The notes: generated from the sequence alone by a model not told the origin. Counted from the stretch's first letter, positions 11,978-25,678 are shown. The stretch: 64,000 nucleotides of DNA from Heteronotia binoei (GCF_032191835.1 NC_083237.1:67642001-67706000); one strand, 5' to 3'. A program made the numbers and translations.

Positions 11978-13907
11978 CTGTGACAAAATAACACACAAAC
12001 GGCATTAACACAACCAGTTCGCATGAGAAGCAGCTGGCCCCTCTGTCACTGACCCCTTTCCCACTGCAGGCAGCAGGGGTTCGAGTGCTGCTCTGGCATC
12101 TCAAGCTATTTTACAATGATTTCACTCATATTTTAGAATGGAATTGAAATGTTTTTTTACCCATGTGTATGCTTCATTTCCTCATTTCTTTCTGTCTTAC
12201 TCTTATCTATGCTAATGCTTTTTATAATGCCAATAAAGGAGATTGCTATGTGTGCTCCGGCAGCTGGTATCTCAGAGCCAGCCTCCGGGGGTGTCATGAA
12301 GCGCTTGGGGTGAGCACTCTCCTGCAGCCTAACCCACCTCACAAGGTTCTTAGGAGGGTGAAATGGAGCAGAGGAGGGGAGAACCAGGTTCATGACCTCT
12401 TTCCTTTTTTGGAAGGAGGACAGGATAAAAATGTCACACACACAAATTCCACTGGGGAACTTTACTACTAACTTCTGAAAAGACAAGCCCTACACAACCT
12501 TCTCAAGGCCTTCCAAACAGCGCATGTCTGGGAAGGCTTCTGATCCTGCTTCTCCCTCTCTCTCTCCGCCCCTTTTGCCAAAGGCATGGAGGAGTGAAAG
12601 GCCAGGGCAAAAGGGATGAGACACAGGCCAAGGGCATTCTGAGACAGCTGCCACAGGAAACACACCACCTGGCCACTAGCGGCGCACAGGGAAGAGTGCT
12701 TTCGCCTTTGCTTTCTTTCAAGGATTTCCCCCCATGGAAAAACTGGAAATTTTGGCAAGCACTGATAGAAACCTGTTCTCTTTCGGAAAGGTGCTTTATA
12801 TACTTTTTAAGATGAGATTTTACTCACACAAAATGTATGACGACTTTTGTGTAAAGCAGCCTACATAAGAAGACAATTTCTGTGGACATTCAAAGGTGTG
12901 TGGATTGTTCAAATGTAACTGATCTGGTCCACAATTATAATTTGGCATAAAATGTACAATGAAAATATTCTGCTAAAGAATTCAGTATTTTCAGTGTTAC
13001 AAACTAACTCGATGCCCAAATATGCTGCTCATCCTACTATGGTCATATGAGACTTTAAATCAATTTGTGTTACCTATTTTCAACATTTATTGTCGAAGAG
13101 AGATACACATGTGCTAAGCTATAGCAGTCTGCAGTACTAGTTACTTGTGCACAACCAAGGCATTTATACCTTAAAGTTTCATAAATATGCAAATTGGTAC
13201 AATTTTATATGCCAAATAAATAATAAACTTTATGCTTTAAAGCCCTCCAGAAACTGTCTGCTAGTCCAAAATGCTGCAACCAGGTCGCTCTTTGGAGTTT
13301 CATAAAAAGACCACAGAACCCCTAGGCTGAAATCCCTCCACTGGCTACTCATCCGTTTCCGGGTGGGATTCCGTGTGCTACCCTGGACTTGAAGGGCCAC
13401 GTCCTCCTCCTCCTCCTCGGTCCCAAATCATGTTCTCTGGGCCCTGAGCTACACAGGTCAGGTGGGCGTGACTACAAACAGGGCATTTTCAGTGGTGGCC
13501 CCCTGCCTGCAGAATGCCCTTCCCCCAAAACTCACATGTCACACGGCACTCTTTGAGGCACCAGGCCCAAACGTTTATTTTCACTCAGGCTTTTCACTCT
13601 GGCTCTGACCATTTCTGTTTTTTAATCTGCCTTCAGCCTCAGGACTACTCTGAGGATCATTCAGACTGACAAATGTGTTACGCTGCTGGGTTTTTAAGGC
13701 TTATGAGGCAGCATATAACAGTTTAAAGAAAGAAAGAAGAAAATGACTGCGGATCCCCCCCAATCTTTGGTTTTCCCCATGGCTTCAAAATTCCCAGAAA
13801 TTTTACATCTCCACTGTTAACTGTTGAGAAAGAGAATCTGCTCCCCATGATGTTTCTCCCTTCATTTGCAATCCCAGCCTTGCCTAAAGCCAGACTCCTC
13901 ATTTTAC

Positions 13908-14099
13908 CTGCTTTCCCGTCCACAACCGCTGTGGCCTGAGAATAGCTGGAGGCAGAAGCTTCACTCGCCCCTTCCCGTCGGTCAGCCCTTGATACACCAG
14001 CTCCAGGTACTGCTCTCGGGTGAAGCAGCAGCCCCGCGTGGTCATGCTGGCCCCAGAGACCATGTGGTCCTGGATCAGGCCTGCTAGGGGCTTCCCATC
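13908..14099 (-). CDS. POLR1A: POLR1A exon 14
   Basis: [20 protein letters not shown]...LWTGKQ; 192 nt. Confidence 0.97.
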
Positions 14100-14590
14100 C
14101 TGAGAAAGAAAGAAAGGCAGACAGGCACATGAAGAGGACATTCTACGGCTGGCTCACTGAAAACAGTTCAAAATGTAGTATTCACGGGACTGAGGCCCCT
14201 GCACCTCCAGGCCGAAGGATCCCCACCACAGAGGTCCACAGCGGTGCTCTGCGCCACACAACCACCCCAGGCATAGTGGCAGGCCCTGGGAGACACCTTT
14301 GTTGAGAAAGAGGACAGTCCAGCCCTGAAAACGCCTGCAGCACTGCACTCTTGCCCTCCATTCCAAATCTCAGAGCGGCTCACAATCTCTTTTATCTTCC
14401 TCCCCCACAACAGACACCCTGTGAAGTAGGTGGGGCTGAGAGAGCACTGACAAAAGCTGCCCTTTCAAGGACAGCTCTGCAAGAGAGCAATGGCTGACCC
14501 AAGGCCATTCCAGCAGTTGCAAGTGGAGGAGTGGGAAATCAAACCCAGCTCTCACAGATAAGAGTCCACACACTTAACCACCACACCAAA

Positions 14591-14705
14591 ATAAAGTGCA
14601 CAATTGTATCATCCTGAAATCCTCGTTGTCCGCCCACCCCACAGTCTGTGGAAAAATTGTCTTCCACAAAACCAGTCCCTGGTGCCAAAAAGGTTGGGAC
14701 CGCTG
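14591..14705 (-). mobile_element. hAT-Charlie (MER1/OC1-like) terminal fragment
   Basis: Reverse strand begins CAGCGGTCCCAACCTTTTTGGCACCAGGGACTGGTTTTGTGGAAGACAATTTTTCCAC, recalled as the Charlie3/MER1-type end. Confidence 0.6.
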
Positions 14706-15688
14706 ATTTAGAGGATGGTGCAGAATTGTTTTCTGTTGCCCCAGAAGGTTGGACTAGAAACAATGGGTTGAAATTGAATTAAAATAGGTCTAAGAAGAAC
14801 TTCCTGATAAATAGAGCAGTAACTCAGTGGAAGACGCTTCCTCAGGAGGTGGTGGGCTCTCCTTCCTTGGAGGTTTTTAAATTGAGGCTAGAGGCCATCT
14901 GACAGCAATGCTGACCCTGTGAACTTAGGCAGATCGTGAGAAGGAGGGCAGGAGGGGCTGCATCAGTGCTTAGTTCTTGTGGCCCTTCCTTCCAGGTCCA
15001 GGGAAATGCTGATCACCACTTTGGGGTCAGGAAGCAATTTTCGCCAGGCCAGTTTGTCCAGGGATCCTGGGTGTGGAGCAGGTGTCACTGGGGATGTGTA
15101 TGGGGGGGAGGTATTTATGAATTTTCAGCACTGTGCAGGCGGGGGGTTTAGATAGATAACCTTGGAGGTCCTTTCCAGCTCTATGATTGTATGTTTAGAA
15201 TTATGCTGTTTTGAAACACCTCAGGGTGCTCTGCAGTTGCCTCCACCCTTTCTAAAACAGTCCATCCCTCACACCAGCCTCTCCTTGTTTCTGAATGACC
15301 AACCACCCACAATCATGAGAGCGATGCCGAAGTTTGATCCCAGTCCCTTATTTGCATTTCCTAGTCCCTCATTCTCAAACCCAACAACCAACATGGAGGG
15401 CAATGTAAAAGCTCTGCATTCCCCAAGAGAGGATGGACGGCCACATCCCGGGTGCTCCCGCATTCAAGAAACGAGCCCTCCTCCTCCTGCCCACGTGGGA
15501 CTATTCCATGCGCAGCCTCTGGAGCACAGCACACGACTAGCAGCACACTGCTCTGAACGTCATTGGACTACAGACCAATGACCTGATGCTTTCTGACACA
15601 ACCGAACACTTGCCCTCTTATCACAAGACAATGACCAGAGAACTCGGGGAACTCGTTGTAGGCAGGCGGTGTAAAAGTGTTGCAATTA

Positions 15689-16081
<393 letters not shown>

Positions 16082-16559
16082 TCAGGGGGCAGAGGAAGCA
16101 AACACACAGAGAGCAATGAGCAAATGGGAAAGGGGGTTCAGGTACTATCTGGGGCCCCAAGTCCTTTACTTAAAGATGCAGCAAGAGATGCAAGGCCTCC
16201 CTTCCCTGCTAAAGACTTCAAACTTGAGCCCCTCCCTTCACCTTTAGGGTGTAATCCACTGGCCAAAACTAATGGGAAGCTTGACTTCTTACAACCCACC
16301 ACCAAACAGCTGAGCTGAGAACCCATCTGGAGCCAGGAAACAGACAAGGCAGCTGGTGGGGGAGTGACTGATGAGGGGACGTTCTGCTTGTGAAAACCCT
16401 CCTTCACCCCATGTTTCACACACAAGAGCAGAATGCCTCCCACCCTGTGCTGAGGACAAGGATCTTTTCACTCATATACTAACTAGACAAACGGATGGTA
16501 TTTGGGTGAACTTTTATATCTCCAGTAAAGGCTGGTGGCATTTTGGGCTTTATCGATAG

Positions 16560-17195
16560 AAGGACAGTGTCCAGATCACATCACGTGAAGTGATGGTATC
16601 ACTTTACTCTGCTCTGGTTAGACTCACTTAAAAGAAGGATATAGACAAGCTAAACGGGTCCAGAGGAGGGCAATGAAGATGGTGAGGGGTCTGGACACCA
16701 AGTCCTATGAAGAAAGGTTGAAGGAGCTGAGCATGTTTAGTCTGGAGAGGAGGCGGCTGAGAGGTGATAGGATCACCATCTTCAAGGACTTGAAAGGCTG
16801 TCATATAGAGGATGGTGTGGAATTGTTTTCTGCAGCCCCAGAAGGTAGGATCAGAACCAGTGGGGTGAAATTAAATCAAAAGAGTTTTCGGCTAAACATT
16901 AGGAAGTGAGAGTGGTTCCTCAGTGGAAGACGCTTCCTTGGGAAATGATGGGCTCTCCTTCCTTGGAGGTTTTTAAAGAGAGGTTAGATGGCCATCTGAT
17001 AGCAATGCTGATCCTGTGAACTTAGGCAGGGTAGGAAGGGTCGCATCAGTTTTCGTGGTCTTTTCTTACAGGCCCAGGGAAATGCTGTTTGCCACTTTGG
17101 GTCAGGCAGCAATTTTTCTCCAGGTCAGTTTGGCCAGGGATCCAGGAGTTTTGGGTTTTTTTGGTCATCTTCTGGGCATGAAGCAGGGGTCACTG
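16560..17195 (+). mobile_element. CR1 3' fragment (family with GTCATCTAGTCCAAC-type tail)
   Basis: [30 protein letters not shown]...; related pieces at about 3960-4110, 8130-8345, 14710-15185 and 21800-22220. Confidence 0.85.
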
Positions 17196-17770
17196 AGGGC
17201 CAGTTTGGTGTAGGGGTTAAGAAGAAGAAGAAGATATTGGATTTATATCCCGCCCTCCACTCCGAAGAGTCTCAGAGCGGCTCACAATCTCCTTTACCTT
17301 CCTCCCCCACAACAAACACCCTATGAGGTGGGTGGGGCTGGAGAGGGCTCTCACAACAGCTGCCCTTTCAAGGACAACCTCTGCCAGAGCTATGGCTGAC
17401 CCAATGCCATGCTAGCAGGTGCAAGTGGAGAAGTGGGGAATCAAACCCGGTTCTCCCAGATAAGAGTCCACGCACTTAACCACTACACCAAACTGGCTCT
17501 CCTACACCAAACTGGACTCTTATCTCGGAAAAACGGGTTTGATTCCCCACTCCTCCATGTGCACCTGCTGGAATGGCCTTAGGTCAGCCAGAGCTCTCAT
17601 AGGAGTTGTCCTTGAAAGGGCAGCTGCTGTAAGAGCTCTCTCAGCCCCGCCTCACAGGGTGTCTGTTGTATGTGTGTGTGGGGGATGGTAAAGGAGATTG
17701 TGACCGCTCTGAGACCCTGAGATTCAGAGTATAGGGTGGGATATAAATATAATATCTTCATCTTCTTGTG
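17195..17770. mobile_element. Nested, inverted pair of Squam3-like SINEs
   Basis: Minus copy 17221-17501 lies next to plus copy body 17515-17770; the plus copy's first 26 nt are at 17195-17221. Confidence 0.8.
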
Positions 17771-17899
17771 TGGGGGAGGTATTTGTGAACTTCCTGCATT
17801 GTGGAGGGTTGGACTAGATGACCCTGTAGGTCCCTTCCACTATGATTTTATGATTCTAAAACACTACAGGGTTTTTTTTGGAGGGGGGATCTCATTCTA

Positions 17900-19185
17900 C
17901 TGTGGTACAAGGGAAGTTTACTGGGTTTTTTTTCAAATGGACAGTCTTTGGAACTATCTAGAATTGTATATGAAGAAAAGGATGGATTCCAAGGAGAAGC
18001 AGCTAATACTATATGAGATTTATGAGACAAGCTTGCTGAATCTGGGCCCTTTTGGAGTCTTAAGGACAAGGAGTGTGCCCACCGTATCAGGAAAATGTTA
18101 GCTCCCTTTAATAACCTTCATTAACCAGGATTGGTTTCCAGCAGGGAAGGATCCAGGCGAATTTAAGGAATGGAGATTCTCTGGTCTGTTGTTTATAAAT
18201 AACTGGATTAAAGATGAGGGATTCTTAGATAAATCCTCAATGGAAAAGAAGTTTGTAATTAAGGTCTCCTGGTTTAGATATTTCCAATTAAAAAATCTTA
18301 TCGCTAAACTAATCAGGTCTAAAAACTTTCTCCGGCCATTAACTTCATTTGAGGAATTAATTCGGAAGGAGAATGCTGGTAAACAAAGCATGATTTCAGC
18401 TCTTTATAAATTATTAGTGGCAGCAGTATATAAGGACCCTCTACCATATAAAAAAATGGTCAAATTCTTTAGAACTTACCCTCTCTGAATCTGACTGGAA
18501 ACAGATATGGAACTCTCCCTCCAATAAATCTTGCTGTTAGAATATTAAACTCCAATTTTATAAGTTGCTATTCAATTGGTATTTAACGCCACACAAACTA
18601 AGCCTAATAAACAAGTCTTTGAGCTCATTATGCCGGAGATCTTGTAAGCAGGAAGGCAGCCCCTTACACATGTGGTGGGAATGCCATATCGTTCAGAATT
18701 TTTTGAGGGAGTTTCATAAAGAGATTTCCAACATGGTGGGTGTTCCATTGCCTTATTCCCTGGAATTCTTATTACTGGATCTTTGGGCTGATTCAACGAT
18801 AGATAAAACTATCAAAACTTCTGTCTCAGCATCGGTTGCTTCTGCTCACTTGGTTATTGCCAGGAATTGGAAGTCCCCCACAAGTTCTTTACTTAGACAA
18901 TGGGACCAGAAACACTGGTAACAGTTTTTGATGGGCAGGATTATGCATAATCCATTTTGGGGGGACTCTCGTGCGGTAGTTCCCTTATCAGAGTATGATG
19001 AAACATGGAAACCAGTTTTAGAGTTTTTGTGCAATAAGGATATAATTCCCTTGATGCAGCTAAAGCTAGATGGTTGGTAACTGTGAACATAGGGTTTGTA
19101 ACAGAGTGTTGATGGTATTCTTGGCTATTATGTTTTATAGTTTGGTTGCATGTTTTTCTATTGAAATAAAAATTAAAAAAAGAGA
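17900..19185 (+). mobile_element. L1 ORF2 3' fragment with A-rich tail
   Basis: LFNWYLTPHKL...C..SCKQEGSPLHMWWEC; AATAAAAATTAAAAAAA at about 19165. Confidence 0.85.
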
Positions 19186-19229
19186 AGTACCTCCAGCTCC
19201 AGTGAGAAGGGTGGGCAGAGGTGCTTTGT

Positions 19230-19860
19230 GGAAGAAGCAAGTGAACCCCAAGGAAGATCTTGGGGTCGTGATAGATAACTCACTGAAAATGTCAAGACAG
19301 TGTGTGTTTGCAATAAAAAAGGCCAACGCCATGCTGGGAATTATTAGGAATGGAATTGAAAACAAATCAGCCAGTATCATAATGCCCCTGTATAAATCGA
19401 TGGTGCGGTCTCATTTGGAGTACTGTGTGCAGTTCTGGTCGCCGCACCTCAAAAAGGATATTATAGCATTGGAGAAAGTTCAGAAAAGGGCAACTAGAAT
19501 GATTAAAGGGCTGGAACACCTTCCCTATGAAGAAAGGTTGAAACGCTTAGGGCTCTTTAGCTTGGAGAAACGTCGACTGAGGGGTGTCATGATAGAGGTT
19601 TACAAGATAATGCATGGGATGGAGAAAGTAGAGAAAGAAGTACTTTTCTCCCTTTCTCACAATACAAGAACTTGTGGGCATTCGATGAAATTGCTGAGCA
19701 GACAGGTTAAAACGGATAAAAGGAAGTACTTCTTCACCCAAAGGGTGATTAACATGTGGAATTCACTGCCACAGGAGGTGGTGGCGGCTGCTGTGTGACA
19801 CACAATGTTGGACTGGATGGGCCATTGGCCTGATCTAACATGGCTTCTCTTATGTTCTTA
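19230..19860 (+). mobile_element. CR1 3' fragment
   Basis: KKANAMLGII...[24 protein letters not shown]...FFTQRVINMWNSLP, then the (TTATGTTC) tail. Confidence 0.92.
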
Positions 19861-20817
19861 CACTGGAGGTTGCCATGGTGCCCCCATGCACCACCCCCCA
19901 TGGGGACCTCCAAGACATGACTGAGGGAACTGGAGAGTCACCAAAACGAAAGCTGTGTCAGAAACCCTCCCCCCTCTGGCCAGGTTTCTGCCCTCTAATG
20001 TATTTTCTGCTACTGCACATGATGGCCATAGTATATGAAGGTTGCTGGTGTCTCTATGCCCTGGCGCAGATGGCATCTCCTTCCTTCTGTTTCCCTTCCG
20101 CTTTCCCCTCCTCCCTCCTGCCTGGCCCTTTGGGCTTCCTCTCAACAGGAAGCACATTCCGGCGTGAAGGAGGGAGCCTGGAGGAGCCACTCTGGTCTCA
20201 ACCCTCCCTCTGATCAGCCATCCAGGCCCACCCGGCCTCTTTGAAATGGATTCTCTTTTGGTTAAAAGTGAAAGTTGTGCTTTATTGCTTTGACTAAGAA
20301 GATACGACAGGGGGGGAGGGAGAAGTCTTTAGCATGCTTTGCCCTACATCAGGCATTTCTGGGAAGGGTCCTGATGGAAATGAGCCCCCTGCAGCAAATC
20401 ACAATAAAGCTTCATCAAGCACAGAGAAGTCTGCGCAAGCATCACTGGTAAATCCTCCAAGTTGAAAGGACCTCCCTGACAATTAGCTCCATCTCTCCCT
20501 TTGGGGGAGGGAGGCACCAGTGGGGAGTGGCTGCGGCAAAGGAGCTCTTCGAGACGGGAACACTCAACAAGGACTGAGCTAATGAAACGCAGGCAAAGAA
20601 ATTCCTCCAACACCTCTCAAGACTGTACAGCTATACTACTTTGATCCTTATAACTAGCATTTCATCTACCCACCCACCCACCCATCCAATACACAGAATA
20701 GTTTGAAAGTATAACATTCTATAAATAAAAGCAGCAAGAGAAAGATCTGGCAGACCTTGGAGTAAAGTAAGAATTACAGATTCAGGAAAGTCCTACCTCT
20801 TGAGCTATTCTACTCAC

Positions 20818-21045
20818 AGTTTTTAACCCTGGCTTTGGTGTCCCCATGGAAGGAGTTAAGAGCTGCTTGGCTATGGCTTCCCTTTGGGTCTGGCTGGTTG
20901 CACTCAAGATGGTGCGAGACCCGTCTTCGTGGATGACCATGGAGGCGCCCGGATGCACCCCAGGCCCATTGATAACTGCCTGCCTCAATTCATGGACATT
21001 CCAAGGAGTCACAGGTTGAGGATAGGTGAGTTTGGTAGCAAAGAC
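20818..21045 (-). CDS. POLR1A: POLR1A exon 12 (in-frame acceptor at 21045)
   Basis: [34 protein letters not shown]...PKPGLKT; 228 nt. Two duplicated acceptors upstream (21122, 21199) are out of frame. Confidence 0.93.
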
Positions 21046-21212
21046 CTGGGAGGAAGAAAAAGCATCCAGTTCTCATTCCAAGGAGTCACAGGTTGAGGAT
21101 AGGTGAGTTTGGTAGCAAAGACCTGGGAGGAAGAAAAAGCATCCAGTTCTCATTCCAAGGAGTCACAGGTTGAGGATAGGTGAGTTTGGTAGCAAAGACC
21201 TGGGAGGAAGAA
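20997..21212 (-). repeat. 77-bp tandem triplication of POLR1A exon 12 acceptor plus first 49 exonic nt
   Basis: CATTCCAAGG... starts at 20997, 21074 and 21151 (period 77). Confidence 0.97.
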
Positions 21213-22506
21213 GCATGCAGTCGTCCTGCACGTGGAGAGAAGGCAGACAAGCCCCTCCCTGAGGGGTGACCTCCATTCCTCTTCAGCTATTACCGGATTC
21301 CACAGGCCAGCCAAAGACAACTCGCTCCCATATCCCTTAGTGATGTAGAGCAGGTGTATTCCACCTCTCACCAAAGCTCTCATGTTAGCTAAAATATAAT
21401 CAAATCAATAAAAAGATCAAATAAGCAAACAAACCAGGCAAGCAGGAATCACTGCGTCTGCTGCAGATACTACAGAAGCTGAAGCACTGGTGACCTATCA
21501 GCAAAGGCCAGGGGTGACAACAACATGTTGCTTAGACGTCAACACCAAATGGGTGCATGGCAGAAATTCCACAGGTGAGGTACCACAAGCGAAGCTGCAT
21601 GAGGCAGCCACCCACCCCAGTCACATGGCAGAGCTGCTATGAAGGCCTCAGCAGTCAAGCCGGTTTGTATGGAAGCAGGTAATGCTGAAGACTTGGTTCT
21701 CACCAACGAGGAAGGACTGACTGATGAGGTGGCAGTAGTGACCATGGGGTTTTGGAATTTACTGTTTTGGGGACGGGAAAAGCTGTATGTAGCCAGAAGT
21801 ATAGGTTGAACTTCAGGAAAGCAAATTTTGACAAACTTAGGAGTGATGCTGGGTAAAATCTCATGGTCAGAAATACTTAAGGAGAAGGGAGTTCAAGAGG
21901 GGTGGCAGGTTTTCAAGCAGAGACTAGAGGGCCATCTGACAGCAATGCTGATTCCGTGAATCAGGTAGCTCATGAGAAGGAGGGCAGGAAAGGCTGCATC
22001 AGAGCTTAGTTTTCGTGGCCCCTTCTTACACACCCAGGGAAATGCTTCAGGTCAGTCAGCAATTTTTCTGCAGGCCAATTTGGCCAGGAATCCTGGAGGT
22101 TTTTGCCATCTTCTGGGCACAGAGCAGGGGTCACTGGGGAGGTGTTTGTGAATTCCCTGCATTGTGCAGGAGGTTGGACTAGATGACCCCAGAGGTCCCT
22201 TCCAACTCTATGGTTCTAAGACGTTAGGTCCTGAGGAAATGGCAGTTCCTGATCTCTGTCTTCATGTGGCCGCAAATTCATTAAACAGGGGGTACAGCCA
22301 ACAACAAGTATTGCTTCCAAAATGAATAAATCCACACAGGGCCCTCTTTCTAGCTTTTTGCAAGAGGCCAGAACTAGAGCATTCCCAACAGACCCCTCCC
22401 CCAGGGAGAGAGCCTCTCGCTCTTACCTTCAGGAAATTTCTTCTCCAGTTCAACTGAAATCACAGCTTCCCTCCCAACCCCCCCCTCTTGACCAGCCCCC
22501 CCCTCA

Positions 22507-22650
<144 letters not shown>

Positions 22651-22833
22651 TCATCAATTTGAAATAAAAAAGACACACATCAAAAAGGTCACGCCCCTGT
22701 CACCATCTCAGCAGGCAGAGAGCGAGAGAGAGGTCATGACAAATGCCTGCTTCTGGGAGAGAAATGCTTCTTTAAAACCCCCTTCAGGTAATTCTTGACA
22801 ACTGTGCTATAGTTCTCCTCACACAGCTCTCAC

Positions 22834-23007
22834 CTGACGCACACCGGGGAACTTTTCAGGCATGAGCTTGTCCAAGTCGCTGTCAAAGAGAATATTGACC
22901 CTGCTCTGAAGACGGATCCAGATGTTGTAGAGCTTGTCTGCCATCGTCTGCCCAGGAACTGTGGCCAAGAGGGAGCGGTCCAGAGGCTCCACGGGCTGCT
23001 CAGCCGG
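22834..23007 (-). CDS. POLR1A: POLR1A exon 10
   Basis: [58 protein letters not shown]; 174 nt. Confidence 0.94.
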
Positions 23008-25288
23008 CTGCGGAACAGACAACACAACCTCAGGGGAGGGCGGGGGGAGACGGGGACTGGAATAGAGGCTGGAGAGCACAACCCACTGGGCACCCGTGGG
23101 CCTTGCCTCCACCACCTTCTGCCCCAAGCCTCAAAGAAGGTGCAGAGAGTTTGGGGGAGGCCAGCGTAAGAAGGAAGCTGCCCCTTTGCAGCACTGTCTT
23201 GCTCTTGATTTAAACGTGATCAGTTATTTCACCCAAAGAAAGGGAAGGAGCATTGTCAGACATGGGTGGGGGGAGAAAGAGGTGCTCCACAATAGGTCCA
23301 TCATGGTCACGCCCCTGTCACCATCTCATCACAACAGGGGCTTCTTCACTGGCATGAACACAGACAATAAAAAGGGGGGCAAACCCCAACACCACTATCC
23401 AAAGGCCTGGATGCAGGCTGGACCGGTGATTCCAACCGCCCCCCCTTGGGCCACTCCCCCAGGGACCCAGAAGCCACCCCCTGGGAAGCCCCACAGGCAG
23501 AGGTGGGGAGGGGGCCAGAAAGTCCCATTCTGCCCACACTGATCTCCAACAAGGAGATGTTTTTATACTCCACAAAACCTGCTTTAGAGCTCTTGCCTCC
23601 CTCCCCCCTCGGGCTGATGGGGCTGCCAAGGCTGGGGGTGGGGGGAGCCTCAGACGGTTGGTGTCCAGCTTCCCCAGGGAGCTTTTGGCTGGAATAACTC
23701 CCTGCGCTCAATTCCAATGCTGTGTCTCCACTGGGAATCCTTTGTTAGGGCTACAGAAAGGTTAGGCATTCCTTTAATCCACACTCCTGGAATTGTGCAC
23801 TCCCACAAACACACCCAGAGCTTTGCGGATACGAAAAGAACCAGGCGTCTTGGAAGACGGTCACTACTGAGGAAGTGTTCCTTCCGCCTTGCAGCAGCAA
23901 TTCCCACGCTTCCTGAAGTGAGTCCCCCCTCTAAACTTCAGACCTTGCCTTATGGTGCCACAGGCCGTCAGCTGAGCGGGGCTGGCAACCAGCGTGTGCA
24001 GGCAGCACTCAACCCCTCCCATACTAATGGTGGCTGGGAAGGAAGGAGGGAGGTGCAGGGCAGAGGAGGGATGGTGCAGCCCCATTCTCTTCTTCCACTT
24101 CTGGAGGGGAGGGACCCAGTCTTGGGTCTGACCAGCACCAGAGCTCTGGCCCACGGCAGGATCTCACTCACCGTTGGAGGGACAGCTGCCCTTATGGTAT
24201 TAGTGATGGACATGTCAAAGAAAGTCAATTGTGGCCGCAAAATTAAAAACAAAAAAGGGACACTCCTGGCAGGGGAGATTTTGATTTAAAGAGTTGAAAC
24301 AGCGGAGACTAAAGAACTGAAGCTCAAGGGTTTATCTACAGTTGTAAAGAAAGGGGAAAGGGTGGTTTTGTTCATGACTGAAATGCTTCTCCTGAGCATG
24401 AGAGTGGAAAATAATGGATAGAAGGTTCTTTGGAGATTGTGAGCCGCTCTGAGACTCTTCGGAGTGGAGGGCTGGATATAAATCCAATATCTTCTTCTTC
24501 TTCATCTTCTTCTTCTTTAGAGCCTCCCTCCTCTTTAGCAGGAGTTCAAGACATCCCTAGCATATTATATCCAAAAGAGGTGTGAACAGGAACATGTTTA
24601 AAAGAGGGGCTCCCCTCCTTGCCCACTAATATGGATTCATGAAATAATCACGTGAACATATCATTGCCACAACTGTTCTGTAAGTAACTTTGTGAGGCAG
24701 CTGTGTACTACAAGGGATCCAGCACTTTTCTCTTTTGATGAGAAATGGTTTCATTTACTTTTTGAGAGTGTGGAATTCACAAGTTTGAAATGAGTTTGTT
24801 AAAAGGCAAATTTGGTATCTGATTAGCTTCTTCACTCTTTTTTCTTGTAATGTCCCTGTTGTATTGATATTTTCTTACCTTCCTTAATTTTTATACTTTT
24901 ATGAACTTTTAAAAATATGCATAGTTTCATTACTGTGTTTTTATTAAAAATTACATATGTATGACATTATTCATATTTTTATACCTCTCTCCAATACAAC
25001 AGGGTTCTAGTTTTGCTCCTAATAACAGAATATAAAGTTGTTAGATATTTAGTTCTCTTCAGATGTCACATTATTCCCACTTCAGTCCTTCGGGCCTGGA
25101 ACATACCCGGTCAGTAAGGAACTTGTTCTGGACCACCTTGGAGGAGACAGGGCAAGTCTCATTACACAGAACTCTGACTAACAACCTGAGACTGCAGAAC
25201 TTGAATTAAAAAGAGAACAAAAGAACTCCCCACATTTTCGCCAGATGTCTCACTTCATACTGTGGGCCCTGAAAAGTTTTCTCCTCAC

Positions 25289-25451
25289 CTGCTGGAGGTC
25301 TCCCTCTTCAGTCTGCAGTGACTGCTTCAGATCTTGAGCCATGAAAGCCAGAAGCTTCCGGGCCACCTGGGCCTCTTTCATGACAGCTTGAAAGTTCACC
25401 GTTTGACCATTTGCAAACATCTGGTCTGCAACACAATTCACTGGGCGGTAC
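25289..25451 (-). CDS. POLR1A: POLR1A exon 9
   Basis: [26 protein letters not shown]...DLQQ; 163 nt. Confidence 0.94.
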
Positions 25452-25575
25452 CTATATCAGAACACCCAAGTTATAAAGAGATAAGCAACACCCTCTTTCT
25501 GTAACAAAAAAAAATCTAAAAATCAATCCATCAAGACTATAGGGTGAAGAAGTCCAAGCAAGCAAGCTTCATTAC

Positions 25576-25678
25576 CTAGATGGTGGAACAACAAGTTTAT
25601 CCAGGAAGAACATCTCAGGATTGAAACTTGAATCTCCACTGACCGTCATCCCAAAGAAAAGTTTGCTGAGGAAAAAAC
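25576..25678 (-). CDS. POLR1A: POLR1A exon 8
   Basis: [34 protein letters not shown](R); 103 nt. Confidence 0.93.

Noticed and set aside
19070-19798. 242-aa novel protein with a hydrophobic N-terminus
   Set aside because: Chance fusion of an L1 3' UTR frame to a CR1 ORF2 fragment.
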